A stretch of DNA of 63,603 nt, counting the filler, from Pelomyxa schiedti (Eukaryota; Protista; Evosea): NCBI GenBank assembly GCA_020536535.1. It is 6 parts of 6 records of this genome, joined end to end, with 100 filler letters (N's around TTAATTAATTAA, not from the genome) between each part and the next. Parts side by side here need not be neighbours in the genome. Positions count along the whole stretch, not along the records: positions 30,059 to 34,379 come from JAHLWZ010001607.1; positions 34,480 to 63,603 come from JAHLWZ010001013.1; 4 more parts are not named here. One strand, 5' to 3'. The notes under the pieces are model-generated. The model ran no database searches and was not told the DNA's origin. It saw nothing but the letters and a program-made list of their open reading frames with translations. The number at the start of each line of letters is the position of its first letter. Position 1 is the stretch's first letter. The position numbers and the translations under genes were made by a program. Shown here in pieces: positions 33,185-47,200 of the stretch.

Positions 33185-33481
33185 TGGTTTGGTAAAGAGG
33201 AAAAACATCAAAAAAGTGATGATTTCCATGGATATCAAACCACTGGTTAGTTAGGTACATCGATTTTTCGTGTTTTTCTCGATATATTATCACTATTTTA
33301 TTGATTTATGATTTAGATATCGATTGATCGGGAGATGACAACAACAGGCAAATTGACCACATTGGCAGATACGAGTGAAAATATCGAGAAAAACACGAAA
33401 AATCGATGTACCTAACTAACCAGTGGTTTGATATCCATGGAAATCATCACTTTTTTGATGTTTTTCCTCTTTACCAAACCA
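33185..33481. repeat. Perfect 101-bp inverted repeat with 95-nt spacer (foldback)
   Basis: 33185-33285 is the exact reverse complement of 33381-33481. Confidence 0.93.
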
Positions 33482-33922
33482 CTAGTTAGATATTGGCCTG
33501 ACGATTCAAGTTCAGCAGAGGGTGTTGGGTTTGAAAGCCAGTTTCTCAGAAATCTGTCCGTTTTTGGTTGTTGAAACCTTTTTGGGGTTCTCCCTTAGAG
33601 AAGAACGAATCTGTGCCTCTTCAGGAGCACAGCTCCCCACACTTCCAGGACCCTGCAGAGGATGTTACCGCAGCTGTGGCAGTCCTCTGAATGTTCGCCC
33701 ATGCACTGCCAAGACCCCTGAATTAAGGGGAGAACAATCAGTTGCCCGAACAAGAAAAAAAAACACATCTCGTCATCCCGGAGTCGTGACCAAAACAAAC
33801 AACACACAGACGGGGGCCGGTGGCAGAAAGCGTACGGATCACATATGAAGACACACAGAGCAAACTCACGCCTACAGCAGGTTGTCGTCTGCTTTTTATA
33901 AAAAAACCTCTATATTATTCAC

Positions 33923-34011
33923 GTTTTGTTTTGTTTTGTTTTGTTTTGTTTTGTTTTGTTTTGTTTTGTTTTGTTTTGTTTTGTTTTGTTTTGTTTTGTT
34001 TTGTTTTGTTT
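33923..34011. repeat. (GTTTT)n pentanucleotide microsatellite
   Basis: About 17-18 perfect units. Confidence 0.95.
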
Positions 34012-34599
34012 CATTTCGCTCGTTCTTCCTTAGTCTTGTGTTAAACTTACTGTTGTGTTCCATTTCCTCATGGCAACATAGCTGATTCCCTGCGGCACTC
34101 AGTCAGACTTCCGAACCAAGCCAGAGCTACAGGTATCTTCTCTGTTTTTCTTTTTCAAGTTCTCACACTTTATAATCAGGTCGTGTTGCAACTTGTCATC
34201 ACCATGGTAAATCCACCTCCCCCTATCCCTTTGTATTATCACCCAACCATGATACATTGGTACCCAGACCCAGGTTCCAGTGTTGCACACCACAGCCCTT
34301 TCCTGCATTTCCAGCACATTGAACAGTGATGCTGGTAGGTGGCTTCTTTTTTTTCTTTCCCAGGCAGCCCACATATTATNNNNNNNNNNNNNNNNNNNNN
34401 NNNNNNNNNNNNNNNNNNNNNNNTTAATTAATTAANNNNNNNNNNNNNNNNNNNNNNNNNNNNNNNNNNNNNNNNNNNNACATCTCCGTGACCAAAACGA
34501 CTCTGGCTCCCCCAAAAAAAGGCTGACATTCCAAACAGTATTTCGTCTCGTCAGCACTGCTTGTTATATCAAGAACTCACCAACAATAACTGGTTACAG

Positions 34600-35241
34600 G
34601 GGAAACTTACATCATGGTGTTCAACTGGAGAGATGATGGAAAGTCGTGGAGCCATGACATCAAGACCCACTATTCAAGGCACAAGAACATCCAAGTATTT
34701 GGAAAATGGGTGGAGCCAAACTCCGTAGAGATGTATTCCCTGCATTCACTTCTTCAATATGCTAAGCTCCCACCGAACTACGTGGTCCCAGTGGATTGGC
34801 AAGTTGGTCAAAGAAAAACTAGACACAAAAGACAGCGAGATAGTAATACTGACAGCACATGGAAACAGCCGCAAACATGGAGCATGCGTCTACGATGGGT
34901 TGGCATATGGCATAGACCAGCTACTGCCCAATATCGCTTCGTACTTCGAAAAGGCCAGGTTTTTCATTTTTTTGTCCTGCTACGCCATAGCTTCTGCCAC
35001 GTATACACGGAAGATAGAGGCAGCATTGGGCAAGCTGGCAAAGCAAAGGAGGCAGTTAGCAGTCTGTTACTGCTTCTTGTCAAATATGGAACTCAAGAGT
35101 GGGTCCACTTCCCTCTCCCTTCATTTTGTCACTGCCACCCACCGTAACGAGCATCACAGAAACCAACACCAGTTCAGTGACAGTTCTGTAACCATCTTTG
35201 CTCTAGCAACCCAGCCCATGGTACTGGACACCGCTAGTTGA
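34600..35241 (+). CDS. Partial gene with a candidate caspase/CHAT-like (clan CD) His-Cys dyad
   Basis: IVILTAHG (His codon 34858) and FFIFLSC (Cys codon 34978), 40 codons apart, each following a hydrophobic strand. Confidence 0.4.
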
Positions 35242-36975
35242 GTGGAAGGTATGTTTTCTACCCTGACCTGACGGACCACAACAAACCTCTGACTTATCAG
35301 GGAACTTGACGGGGTCTGTCAAGTGCATTTTGGGACTCACTCTGCATTTTTTTTTTTTTTTTTTGCTGTAGCTACTTCAAGGTAGGATTGTTTCCCTCCT
35401 TTCCGCTTCTAATTCGATGATGCAGATATGTGCAAGACTGGGGAATGGGGCTGACATGCAGTCCTTGTGATGTGTGTTTTCGTTTCATTCAGCTCCTGCT
35501 AATTTCACATGCAGGTTGTATGACAACACTACTCCTGGGTATTTATGTTGTACCCTCTGCTTCAAATCTGCAGTATCCTCCTCTCTGACTTACACTCTCA
35601 CCTAACTGCCCCGTTTGAGGGATGGGAATGCTGTTTCTCTACAAGTGGATGCTGCTGGCCATAGGTCCCAGTCTTCGGCATGCTTTGTTAGCATGCCTTC
35701 AGTGGGTATCAGGCAATCCCTTTACTCCAGCAGAAAATCATCCCTCTAGGTTACACCCAGCTGGTTCTTCCGTCACGCAGGTCTGTTCCCCTGGTACATT
35801 TGTAATGTGTTCTAACTCGTTTTGTTACACTAGACATGGGCCCAGACAGGAGATGGACAACAACTGGCATGTTCACCGTCTGAACTACTTCAATCTAATT
35901 TACATTCAGGAACAATGGGACGAGTTCTCCTATTTTTCTCCCCAGTTTTCCACAGTGGATGGTATGCGTTTCTTCTCCCACTTTACTGCATTCTCATATA
36001 GACAAGGTCACACCTTCCATATTGACACCAGTTGCAGGCATGATACCTCGATGAAGCTGGCACAGAAGGCATAGTTCCATTTTCCGATTTATATTTTCCC
36101 GACCACTATGTAGAGGAACCTCTCGTTGTTGGGACTCCCATACATTTGCCCCTCTCGTAGCACTCCTTGACAGAGCACCAGCCAATAGTGGCACCGTGCT
36201 CCCCCTTTGACAGGGGTCAGTAGTTTCCGGCTACATGTCACCAAGCATATCAGGTCTGTTTTCCTCTTTCATTTGTGTACTATCTAACTTACACTACAGG
36301 TAACATTGGTCTACAACGGTTGCAACAACTCTCAGGTCCTCGACATAGGACCAAGCCCTTTTTCTTGGCCCTCTGGGCCACTATTTCAAGAACATTAATG
36401 CCCACGTCTACTGCCTATGCCATTTGTTTGTGTTCTAACTTGCTGCACTAGACATAAACCAGGTCTTTTTTCCTTTCTGCCAAGAACGAAGGCGTACAGC
36501 CTTGGCCTTGGTACAATAGCAGAAAGGAAGCACTGCCGGCATGTTCACTCCATTAACCACTTCAATCTCATTTACATTCAGGAGAACCCCTGCTGCAGGC
36601 TGCCCCTATCAGTTCCGGCACACAACCACAACACAAACAATCACCACATCACCTACTGTGGTAGCTACACCAAGAAACATGCCAGCACCACCCACTGCGC
36701 ACTGTTGCCAGGGACAGTAACGTGCCCGCACCGATTAGATGTAGAGTTCTTTTTTTCCAAATGCTATCCCATTTCTATCTCAGGTGGTGTTGCGGACATT
36801 GCAGACAGAGACAGGGAGCAGAGCTGACAATTTTCCCACATTCAACCTCCAACACATCCGTTTGTGTTTCCTTTTCTCTCCTCACGTTCCAACCGCAAAA
36901 TCACGAACGGGCAATTCCGGTCATTTGCACCGAAGAAACCGCCACAACAATTCTTGATCGTTTCAAAAATCTTCG

Positions 36976-37920
36976 ATGTCAACGGCGTCATCTGCAGGGA
37001 CACAAGGCGAGCCAAGCCTCAAGGGTCGGACATGGAGCAACAATGACCCAAACAAAAATGGTGTTGTTTGCATGAAGTTCTCGGACACAACCGCCCAAGT
37101 TCGATTTTGTGATTCTGGGGAGAGGTTGGAAGGTGCCTCTGAGAAAAACTCTGTTCTGATGTGCAAATACTCGGTGCGTGGGATTGTGCCTGAACTAATG
37201 CAATTATTTGAAAAAAATACTGATATCTAACCACCTGCATATTGCATCTACCAGGTTGAGGACCGTGTTTCTCCAACGAGAATTCATTTTCACTCAGGAT
37301 TTATGCATGGAAAGGGGATCTTCCAGCTTGAAGGTGACAAAATGTTGAGACTCCATATGAGTGATTGGAGCCACCCTGAAGAGGGCTGTCCAGGGGACTT
37401 TGAAGTGCACCCTGAAATGCACTACTTGTTGTTGGAATTACATGCCGAGGCAAGCTGTCCCAAATCACTTCCAAATTATATCATTTCTTCCCAGAGGCAG
37501 ATTTCACTGGATGGTTCATGGGACGACACTGCAGAAGAAGGAAGGGGGTTGATATTCAAAGGGAATAAAGTGTCAGTGCGGGCTTCCCATGGGCCAGACC
37601 CAACAGAACCCATGGAATACATGGTTCGTTGTGTATTTTTGGTTCAAGTCTTAGTACAGTACAGGTGGACAGCACAACCGACCCAATGCAAATTACAATT
37701 GTCTCTCCACAGGGAGAAGCTCCTGGCATCTTCGAGTTATTGGATTCAGACACTCTCAGGATTTGTCTGTGCCGTGTTGGTCCTGGGGAGAGGTGCAGGC
37801 CAAAAGAGTTTCGGGAGGCTGATAACTGCAGCTTATTCACAGTCCGAAAGAGGGCAGAGAATAATGCATGAGATACTGGGCCCGATTATGCAGTCACCAA
37901 CTGTAAAACCCAAAAGTTAG
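36976..37920 (+). CDS. Hypothetical protein (at least two exons; start uncertain, possibly degenerate)
   Basis: ORFs 36976-37230 and 37303-37920 can be joined by a GT-AG intron at about 37174-37254; no recognisable domain. Confidence 0.4.
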
Positions 37921-38385
37921 GAAAACAAAACTTTTCTGTTATGATTTGATTTGGACGATGGCGTCAGTGCTGAAGTGGACAAGTTCCTGAGACAGAAGTC
38001 TTCATAATCAAGCATCTGCAAGGACTCAAAACAACAGGGACTGAGCGGACCGCGCGCGACAAATCCAAAAAACCTTTGTCTGAGTTCAGTTTCTTCTCAA
38101 ATCGAAGGCAAACATAATACAGATTCCTTAATAGATATCCAATATCCTGGAATTGGCCGTGGTGATGGACTCGCCTGTGCACGTCAGGTTCGACGACGAT
38201 GGGGAAGCAGTGGCAACAGTGAAAGATAAAAGCAGCACGNNNNNNNNNNNNNNNNNNNNNNNNNNNNNNNNNNNNNNNNNNNNNNNNNNNNNNNNNNNNN
38301 NNNNNNNNNNNNNNNNNNNNNNNNNNNNNNNNNNNNNNNACAGATTCCTTAATAGATATCCAATATCCTGGAATTGGCCGTGGTG

Positions 38386-41128
38386 ATGGACTCGCCTGTG
38401 CACGTCAGGTTCGACGACGATGGGGAAGCAGTGGCAACAGTGAAAGATAAAAGCAGCACGGCGGCGAAGAGGGAGCGGTTCCCTACGACTCGCTCCTTAC
38501 GCCACCAGAGGCCCGCATCGGTACCCGCGTTGGTCGAGAGCCGCGGGGAAGATGGCTACGGAGAGGAGGAGGGGCACAGGGATTGTGGGATGAAGCGGCC
38601 GAGGCCGCAGGAACCGGATCGCGAAGGCGATGGCGAAACAGGCGGGGAGGCGAACGAAGAAGATGCACCAGAGCAACACTGCGACGCCAGGGGATATTGT
38701 GGGACGGGGACATGGCTACGCTGCGGCGGATCTGTTGGCAGTCCCCGGCCTGGGCTGCGTGATCATCTTAGGCCTGGCCACATTGTGTTCGATGATGACG
38801 CTCGCGGCGACTCGGAAAAGACGGCGGCGGAAAAGATTTGCATTCCAGATTACATGTGGAAACTCGAGGGGTCGGAGGGCGATAATGGGACAGAAAAGCC
38901 GTGCCCGCCAGTGCCAAAGGCATCAAGAACGGCGTCCGCCACAAAAACTCCGGGAAAATCTAGCGACACTGCTGCTGCTTCTTCTTCTTCTTCTCATTGT
39001 GGGATGCCGAGATCTCCGCCAGGCACAGGTGGTTCTTATGGGATGGAATCTTTTCAAAGGTGGCTGCAGGAACCTAACGGGGGAGATCTTTGGAGATTGC
39101 AGGTTGGTTTTTTTGGTGTTTTTTTTTTTTTTCCCTCTTTTGTGTTTGTGTTTTTTTTCAAGGGTGAACTGTATAACTAAGGTTTTTTTCTCACACTAGG
39201 ACTTCAGGGATTTCGTACTTTTATGTGCATCTAGACGCCTCTCTTCCAACTTAAAGGTTACCAATGAGTCTTTTTGCGCTTTTTTTCCCCTCACCAAACA
39301 CACCCCACAAAAAGAACCTGCGCAAGTGGGTACCTCTGCCTCTGGAGAATTTCAGCAAAGTGGTACTCATTTTAATTGATGCCGTGAGTACCAGTACATA
39401 CTCCAAACATGCTGCACTGCTTCCTTTCCTTGGTCCCAAGGAAAGGTTTCTGTCAGTCAGGGCACCAGGTAGGGTTAATGACGTTTTTTAAGGTGCGATA
39501 GGAGGAACCTTACTTTTTTTTTTTGCAGGAACAATCGAGAATCTGCTTCCTTTTTTTGATTACTTCATGTGTTATGAGAGGAGGCCACCTTCCACCCCAA
39601 GCAAGCAGAACACTTCTTGTTCCAGTAAGCCTCTCACTCCAGACATGTGTGCTCTTTCAGACCTACAACTTATTGAAAACTGTTACTGCTTCAACACGTA
39701 TCTGTTTGCGTAATCGACAAGAAACCTAACAAATACGCATGCCCGGCAATAGGGACTACAAAAAAACGGTCCCACTCAAGCCAGGGCAAACATTACCTCC
39801 TGGCCGAAATATGCTTGCTGTTGACTGTGAAATGGTAGTAACCTCACCCAGGTAACCCACTTTACTGGTATTATTCAAAACCTCATTAGTGTTTGACCCG
39901 GTCGGGATCACAGCTGGCTCGAGTCAGCGTTGTTGATGAAAATTACCACACTTTATTAGACACACTTGTTCAGCCGGTGGAACCTGTTATTGACTACCTC
40001 ACACCGTAATGCATAAAGTCACACAAAAGAAAAATCTCAATTAGAGCACATTACGTACAGCATAACTGGAATTACCCAAAGTGAACTTGATAATGCACCA
40101 ACTACTTTTAAGGAGGTGCAGGACACGATTTTGAGAATGGTGCCCTCTGAAACACTGTTAATTGGCCACAGTCTCGAAAACGATCTCAAGGCACTCAAGG
40201 TAGTAAATGCTTTTTTCCTCTGTAAGGTTATTGATGTAAGTTTTTTAAAGATAATTCATACGCGGGTGATCGACACGAGTGTTTTATTTATGAAACCGGG
40301 AACTAAGATCAAGTGCAAACTAGGGGTCCTTGCTTTTCAATACTTTGGATGTAATATCCAGTCTGGTGCACATAATAGTGTCGATGACGCCACTGTGGCC
40401 ATGAAACTTGTTCACTGGAGGTTAGCCCACGGTTCGTATCACTTCCAACTTTACCCCTTTTCATTATTTTATAGGAGAACCTGAAATCAATTCTATTTCT
40501 TTTCTCGGATTTCTAGACTCTCAGGAAGTCCCCTCAGCTTACATTGACTCCGAAAACCCTTCCACATGGTATAACAGAAACGCGTACCGCTGGGTAACTC
40601 GGTTGAGGACAAAGTCTGATACCAAGGTAACCAATTAACTCCACAATTTTTTTTAATTGCATTCCAACTCTAGACAACCGAATCCACTCTTCGTACGCTT
40701 TCTGATGATCACACAAAGTTCATTCTTTCTTATTTGCATGCACACTATTTGGATGAAGGTTTTCTTCTATACAAAAAGCCTAAATGTCTTCTTGCTAACC
40801 AGAAAGAAGGGTCCAGTGAATCCACGAGAAACAGGGCCCTTTCATCATACAACGATAATGTTTCCTCGATTGTTTCTCACATGCCTAAGAACTCTTTAGC
40901 AATTGTCTTAACCACTCCTCCTGATATTGCTTCAATCACCAGGTTTCTCTTTCATCAGTTTTTGTTGGTTTTTTATTTTGTAACCAAGCAATTTCCAACA
41001 GAATGTTCTACGAAAAGAGACATTCAATCAGAAACAACGTATGTTGGACAAGTGAACAAGACACCCAACTATGCAAAACAGTCAGGCAGGCGCGGGACAC
41101 CTTTGCCAGGCTATACTACAATCCCTGA
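38386..41128 (+). CDS. DEDDh RNA exonuclease, REXO1/REXO5/Rnh70 family, multi-exon
   Basis: MLAVDCEM, LARVSVVD, V.P..PVIDYLT, TGIT, LIGHSLENDLKALK, VIDTSVLF, HNSVDDA, and a C-terminal W..EQD..L...V.QAR helix. Confidence 0.9.
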
Positions 41129-41275
41129 CTTGTGGGAGCGACTCATGTATTGTGAGCTTGCTACACAACAATAATTCTGAATTTTACCAAAAAGCGTTGC
41201 CACAACTCTTGTGAGCAAAGAAATGGAGGATAGTTTTTTTTTTTTTTACAAATTTACCCACACAATCAACAATGT

Positions 41276-42287
41276 TCAACAACAACCTTTTTCCCTTGGT
41301 GGGGCTGTGCTTGATTTTCTGCTAGTTCCTGCATTGGCCTCTGTTGGCTTGGCGATGAGTTTAATGGATTGTGTGTGAAGAAGCTCTGGTTTCTTGTTGG
41401 AGAGTATTTTATGGACTGCAGCTTCAAATGCTTCATTTACATTTATCTTATTCATGGCTGATGTCTGAGTGTAAATGAGAGAGGGTGATTTGTTGGGAGG
41501 ATGCCGGGCAAACCTCAAAGAATTCCATATTGAATTCTGTTGCCACTTCTTGTGCAGCTGAGTGTTTAACAGACCGTTTGTTTACAAGATCACTTTTGTT
41601 CCCGACTAGTACTACACAAACATCCTTCGCTGCATGTTGTTCGATATCATACATCCATGAACGTACACCTGGTGAGAGATCAATTCGAGTAAGATTGGCT
41701 CAAGATGTACGCCAGCATTGGTTTTGTTTTGCTCACTTTGGAAAGATTTCTCATCATCAATACTGTAGACAAGGAGAATGCCCATACAATCGCGGTAGCT
41801 ATGAGAGGTGATTATGTCTCCCGTTATTAAAGAAAGGTTATGTACAATGATGTTGTTATAGTTCGAAATCTGCCCAGCACAGAAAAAAAGTATAATTAGT
41901 AAGAACCTACAAGAAAGAGGGAAAACCTCTCTTGACCCGCGGTATCCTGTTAAGTGTGAGGAGTTGACAACTAGGATAATTGGCACACCCATATTTCTAG
42001 AGTATAAGTTTCCTCGTCTATTTCGATGTCCTTTGACTTATAATCCACACTGGCAAAGAAAGTTCTTTTGTAAAAAATAAAAAAATAAAAAAAAAAAGTG
42101 CTTACCCTATAGTTGTGACATAACTAAATGAAAAATCATTATCACAGTACCGCGTAAGTAGAGAAGTTTTCCCAACGGCTAGTGACAGATTCAGGGGGGA
42201 AAAAAAATGTTGCGGGAGTTACTAACCACTGTCACCAATGACGAGCAGTTTAATCTTTGGGTGGTGCACTCTCACAGCATCACTCAT
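41276..42287 (-). CDS. Rab GTPase, Rab8/Sec4-like, many short exons
   Basis: IKLLVIGDS..VGKTSL, YVTTIG, DTAGQE, FRTITT, MGILLVY, IEQHA, VGNKSD, C-terminal CC prenylation motif. Confidence 0.9.
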
Positions 42288-42501
42288 CGTTAATTTTGTT
42301 TGTGTTTATGCTTGTTTGTTCCGGCTTCCTGTTTGGAACTCCTTGTCAGTCTGTCACCTCAGAAATTCCTCAAGGGGGGTCCAGTACATTTAAGAGAACC
42401 TCGAACTCCACCCGTTCATTTCATTTTGACACATTGGCAGGCAGAACCCTGCCTCCGGAACCATGTGTGATGAGGATCTTGGAAGACAGATCTCATCATA
42501 A

Positions 42502-44188
42502 ATGGGGCGCGGTTTCGCGGCGTGCGGTGCGGGTGCCGGTTGCGTGGTTGTGGTTGCAATTTGTTGCGTTTGTGGGAGTGTCTTGGCTACTAGTCAGCTT
42601 CGTGGCGTAGCCCCTAACAGTAGTCCTCCTTTTTTTTTTCCCTGTTTTTTTTCTGGTTTCTGGTGGAATCTGCTTAGAATAGTGTACAAATACAGAGAGG
42701 AGTGTGTATGAGAAGTTTCTGGAAAGTGAGGAATTCACCTGCATGAGTGGTGGAAAGGCAACAACCTTTGCTGCGAGTAGGATAAATGATGACTACTGTG
42801 ACTGCACTGATGATGCATTTGATGAACCTGGTATGTACCTTACTCCGTAACTAAAATCCCTTAAATTCTTTTTGACAGGTACACCGGCTTGTAGTGGAGG
42901 TAAATTTTGGTGCACTAACAAGGGCTTTGTTGGGTCCTACATCTCTTCTGGCTTTGTAGATGATGGATTTTGTGGTAGGTGAGTAGCTTGCCAACAGCTC
43001 TTTGCCCATTATTCGTTAGATTGTTGTGATGGATCGGATGAAAGTGGGGAAGGAATAGAGTGTCCCAATACTTGCTCCCAGGCTGCTTTGGAGGCTGGTG
43101 GTGAAACTTTAAGAAAGTATACTATGATCAAAGATGTTCGTACTTGAGATGTTTGGTTTTTGTACTGATTTTTCTATTGGATTAAACCACAGGCGCTTGC
43201 CATCAAGCAAACTCTAGCAAATGATGGCCTCCAAATTTGGACTGAGAAAAAAAAGACACTTGATGTCGTCAAGTCATTTCCATCTTTCCTTGGAGGTTAA
43301 ACTCACAAGTTACAGAGCACAATCGAAGGCCATTTTGAATCAAGGTATACTCACTGTTCTCCTTCGGTAACTGAGTTTTCTCTCAATTGACTAGGAAATG
43401 AGGACCAGTAGATCTCCTTTCTCCTCCCCCATTCTTGTTTTCACATACTAATAGAGTATCTCCCTCGCTACCAAAAGAAAAGAGGTAGACACATAAACAC
43501 CATCACTCCAGTTATTCAAATTTTCCAGATCAAAAGCAAAGCAAAATTGACAGCTGAAATTCCTGATGAGAACAAGAAACTGGAGATGGAATTGACTTCA
43601 TTCATGCATCTTCACCTAGGTTATTTTTTTCCATCCTTTCCTGCGATTCAGTAAACCAACACCCAGAAAAAATGCCGTGCTTCATCAACCTCTACGGGAA
43701 GTGTCTCTCTTACCAAGCTGAAAGGCAATTCTCACCCCTTTTTCGAGCTTCTACTGAAACCCAATAGCTATGTTTATGATCTTTGCCCCTTCAATAAGGT
43801 AGTGCAACGCTCAAAACAGGATAAAAAGGAACTGTCGCTGGGGTATTATGCTCCGCTGTACAATCCCCGATTCACACACGAAAAAAAACCACAGAAAATG
43901 GGGAAAATGGATCAATTCTAAAACGACTATGCTATTTTCTCAAGGGGAAAAATGCTGGAATGGACCAGAGCGGAGCACCAAGGTACACCAACCCCACTCA
44001 ACACCAACCGCCGAGGTTTAACTTCGACCAAGGTCAACCTTGTGTGCGGAATTGAGCACAATGTTACCAGTACTGAAGAGCCAGGACGCTGTGAATACTC
44101 AATGTCTTTCACTACACCCTGTGCATGCACCAACGAAATGCTGGAGGAAGAAATTGCCTTCCTTCAAGAACTGGGTGTATCTGTATGA
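42502..44188 (+). CDS. PRKCSH: Glucosidase II beta subunit-like (PRKCSH family), many short exons
   Basis: Signal-peptide-like N-terminus, LRGVAP, INDDYCDC...DEPGTPAC, VDDGFC.CCDGSDE, and MRH domain YDLCPF...CWNGPERSTKVNLVCG...EPGRCEY....TPCAC. Confidence 0.88.
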
Positions 44189-44275
44189 CACAGAATTTCT
44201 ACACACCAATTCATACAAAATACAAAAACCCCAATAATGAGAAAGAATGCATTTTTTTCGTTTTGAAGAAAATAA

Positions 44276-47200
44276 TCATGGCTGTTTAGAGTGTTGTTTG
44301 GTGTATTCCCACACAACAATGGAGCCTGTGACGTGAACATTGAGTGACCGCAGAACACCGGACTGTGGTACTTCAACACACCAATCCAAAAGGTGCATGA
44401 GCTCAGTGGGAACTCCATTGTTCTCATTGCCGAGAACCAGCACAGTGTTCTTGGCGAATTTTGCCTTATCCAGCATCACACTGCGGGCGGTTTGCTCCAC
44501 ACCAACTATTGTGTATCCGCGCTCTTGCTTCATGCATTGGAGGTATTCAGCAAGTGAACCGGGCCGCACTTCGTGAATAGGGAGCCATGTTTCGGCAGTT
44601 GCTGATACGTTGGTGAACTCCGGCTGCCGCGTGATATCGATGTTGGAAATGATGAGCTCCTGAACGGAGAAAATCTCGCAAGTGCGGCAGAGTCCCCCGA
44701 GGTTTGGAACTCTGTCCACAAGTGAGGCAACAACAACAAGTCCGCCGCGATGAAGAGTGCTGCGGGAAGGGTTGCGTGTTATTTCGGCGCCTTCAGATAC
44801 CATCCAGGGCATTATCTTCCTCTGCCAATCGGTTACTTCCTCTGTTGGTGGTTGCTGCGGTGATACAGTGAGCCCACCAAGTTGATCGTCATATGACTTT
44901 ATGACTTTCTGCATTTGGGATTCTACAGCCGCGGCAGAAATTGTGCTCTGCATTTGGGGGAGACAGCTGGTGGCAAACAAATGTTCGCAGAGGAATGGGG
45001 ATATAACATCAGTTGAAGAGAACCCAAGTACTATAGCAAAGTCGTGGAGTATTGCATCGGGTGTGAATGGCAACCACTTTCCAAATATCAGCCAAGGAAG
45101 GAGAGATGGTTGTGGCTTGATGTCATCAGTGGAACAGATGCACTTCAGCATTGAGAGGACATCACCTGGCAAGTTGGGGGAAGGTGTTCTCTGCGAAAAC
45201 GACAGTAGTCCTGACTGAACAATAGTCCTTATCATTAGTGGACCCGATATGTGTGGAGTCAGAGATAAAATTAGTTTCATTGCATGCTTCTGAATCAAGT
45301 TCTGGTTGATGTTAAGCAGTACATGCGAGGCAACAGAGACAGCCATTTGGAGTGTACTTGGTCTCCCTCCACTGTGGTCGGAAAGAAGTTGCAAAATTAA
45401 CTCCAACAGACATGACGTGTGTGACGGAGTCTGGTGAAGCTGCCATAGGATAAGGTAGGTGGCAGCGACACTGCGCAAAACTCTTTCGGGGGCCTTGGTC
45501 TCAGTGTTTACACCACCAACTATAACAGAGGTAAGCAAGTCAACAACAGCTGCAGTAATAGCAGGAATTTCCCTGTGAACGTTGGGTGGCCCAAGAATGC
45601 CTGGGAGCAGCACACAAATGGCTTGCCACAATCGATGTCGCTTCCTATCTTGTATTGAGAACATAACTACCCGTTCATTGAGGAATTCTGCAGTTTTAGA
45701 GAGTTGCAGCAAAGAACTAATCACAGCGCATTTAATATGTAACAGGGTATTCCTGGATACAAATGCCAGAGTCGCAGCGCGCACGTAATGATCTCGTTGT
45801 AGCTGGTAGCTCAATTCAGCGTTGTCAATATTAAAATCCCCAGCCCAAATTAGATAGTCCTCAGTTGTTGCTCCTTTTGCCCGAGGAGGGCCGAAAAGCA
45901 AGAGGTTGATAAGGGTGTCCAGATGTGGACCATTCACCACGCCCTTTGCGTCATTTATATTTGCCGGGGTCTCTGCTAATAAATGTTGGTTTTCTATCCA
46001 GAAATCTAAAAGAATTGAAGTTGCTCCATTGAGAACACCAGGCAGCCTATCAGCACACAGTGTGAACAAAGGAATCCACTTTGGAACGCCTTCCCTTGCA
46101 TCGAGTTGTAGTGATACGTTGGAAAAACAAAGTGAAGAAAAGTGTTCAAAGAGGGAAGCGTTATTATTTGATTTGACATGTCTCCAGCAACTGAAGAAAA
46201 GAAATGAAATTACTTCGTTAGTGAGAGAACTTTTTTGTTACGGAGGTAAGAGGAAGAAATACATTTCAAGAGTGGCTCTGAAATTGTCAATTGTAAGAAT
46301 ATGCAACTCATGTGCGCGGGAAAATAGAAAGCGGAAATAAGCAAGAAGCTCAGGAAGTTCCTCTGATGTGCATGCATCCACAAGAGAGATGAGTGAGTCA
46401 TGGCAAACCAGTGCACCACAGTCTTGTTCGTTCAGAGAGGTACATAGCGTTGAGAGAATTTTCCATTTATATTTCCGCACAGATGTACATGTTTTGTTGT
46501 AGTCGAGTGACCCAAAGAATTGCGAATCCTGTGGGGGGCAAACCCGTGGTAGAACTGGAGCTTGCATAACAAAGTTAATGATGGAGGAGGCTATACTGGA
46601 TGATACAATGACTTTTGGCACCACCACCCGAAGTATTTTGAGTGAGAGCAGGTTCATGATTGGGTTTGAATCTTTCGAACCCACAACTCTGTATGGTTGT
46701 TTGTAAAAGAAACATAAAAAATTTAATACCTTTCGACAATCCGGTTTGCCCACTGTTTCCCCAGTTCTGGGTGAAGGTAGATCATTTGCCGAGCACACCG
46801 CACACAGGCCAAGAAGTGCTCAATACAGTGAGGCTCAAGTTTTAGGTAAGATTCGGTTGTCGAAAACACAAGGGCAACAAAACTTGGGGTAATTTGGAGT
46901 AGCACACACTGTGATAAGCACCCTGGTAAAAGGATGGCACCAACCCATCCTCCAAGTAATCCAATGGCACGAATTGACAAAAATGAAGATTCGACAGTAG
47001 TGGAATGGTCACATATAATTCCAAGGATATCTGGGACAACAGGGGAGCTTAGTGCTAATAGTAACCCAATTCCCCATTCGAGATTGTATTCTGCCAGGGT
47101 ATTGCTAATAAAATCATGAATCAAACGCTGTAAGGCCTGCAATGTTATATGACATCTATTCTGCACCCAGAACTGCATCTTTAGCCATAGAGTGCTTGTG

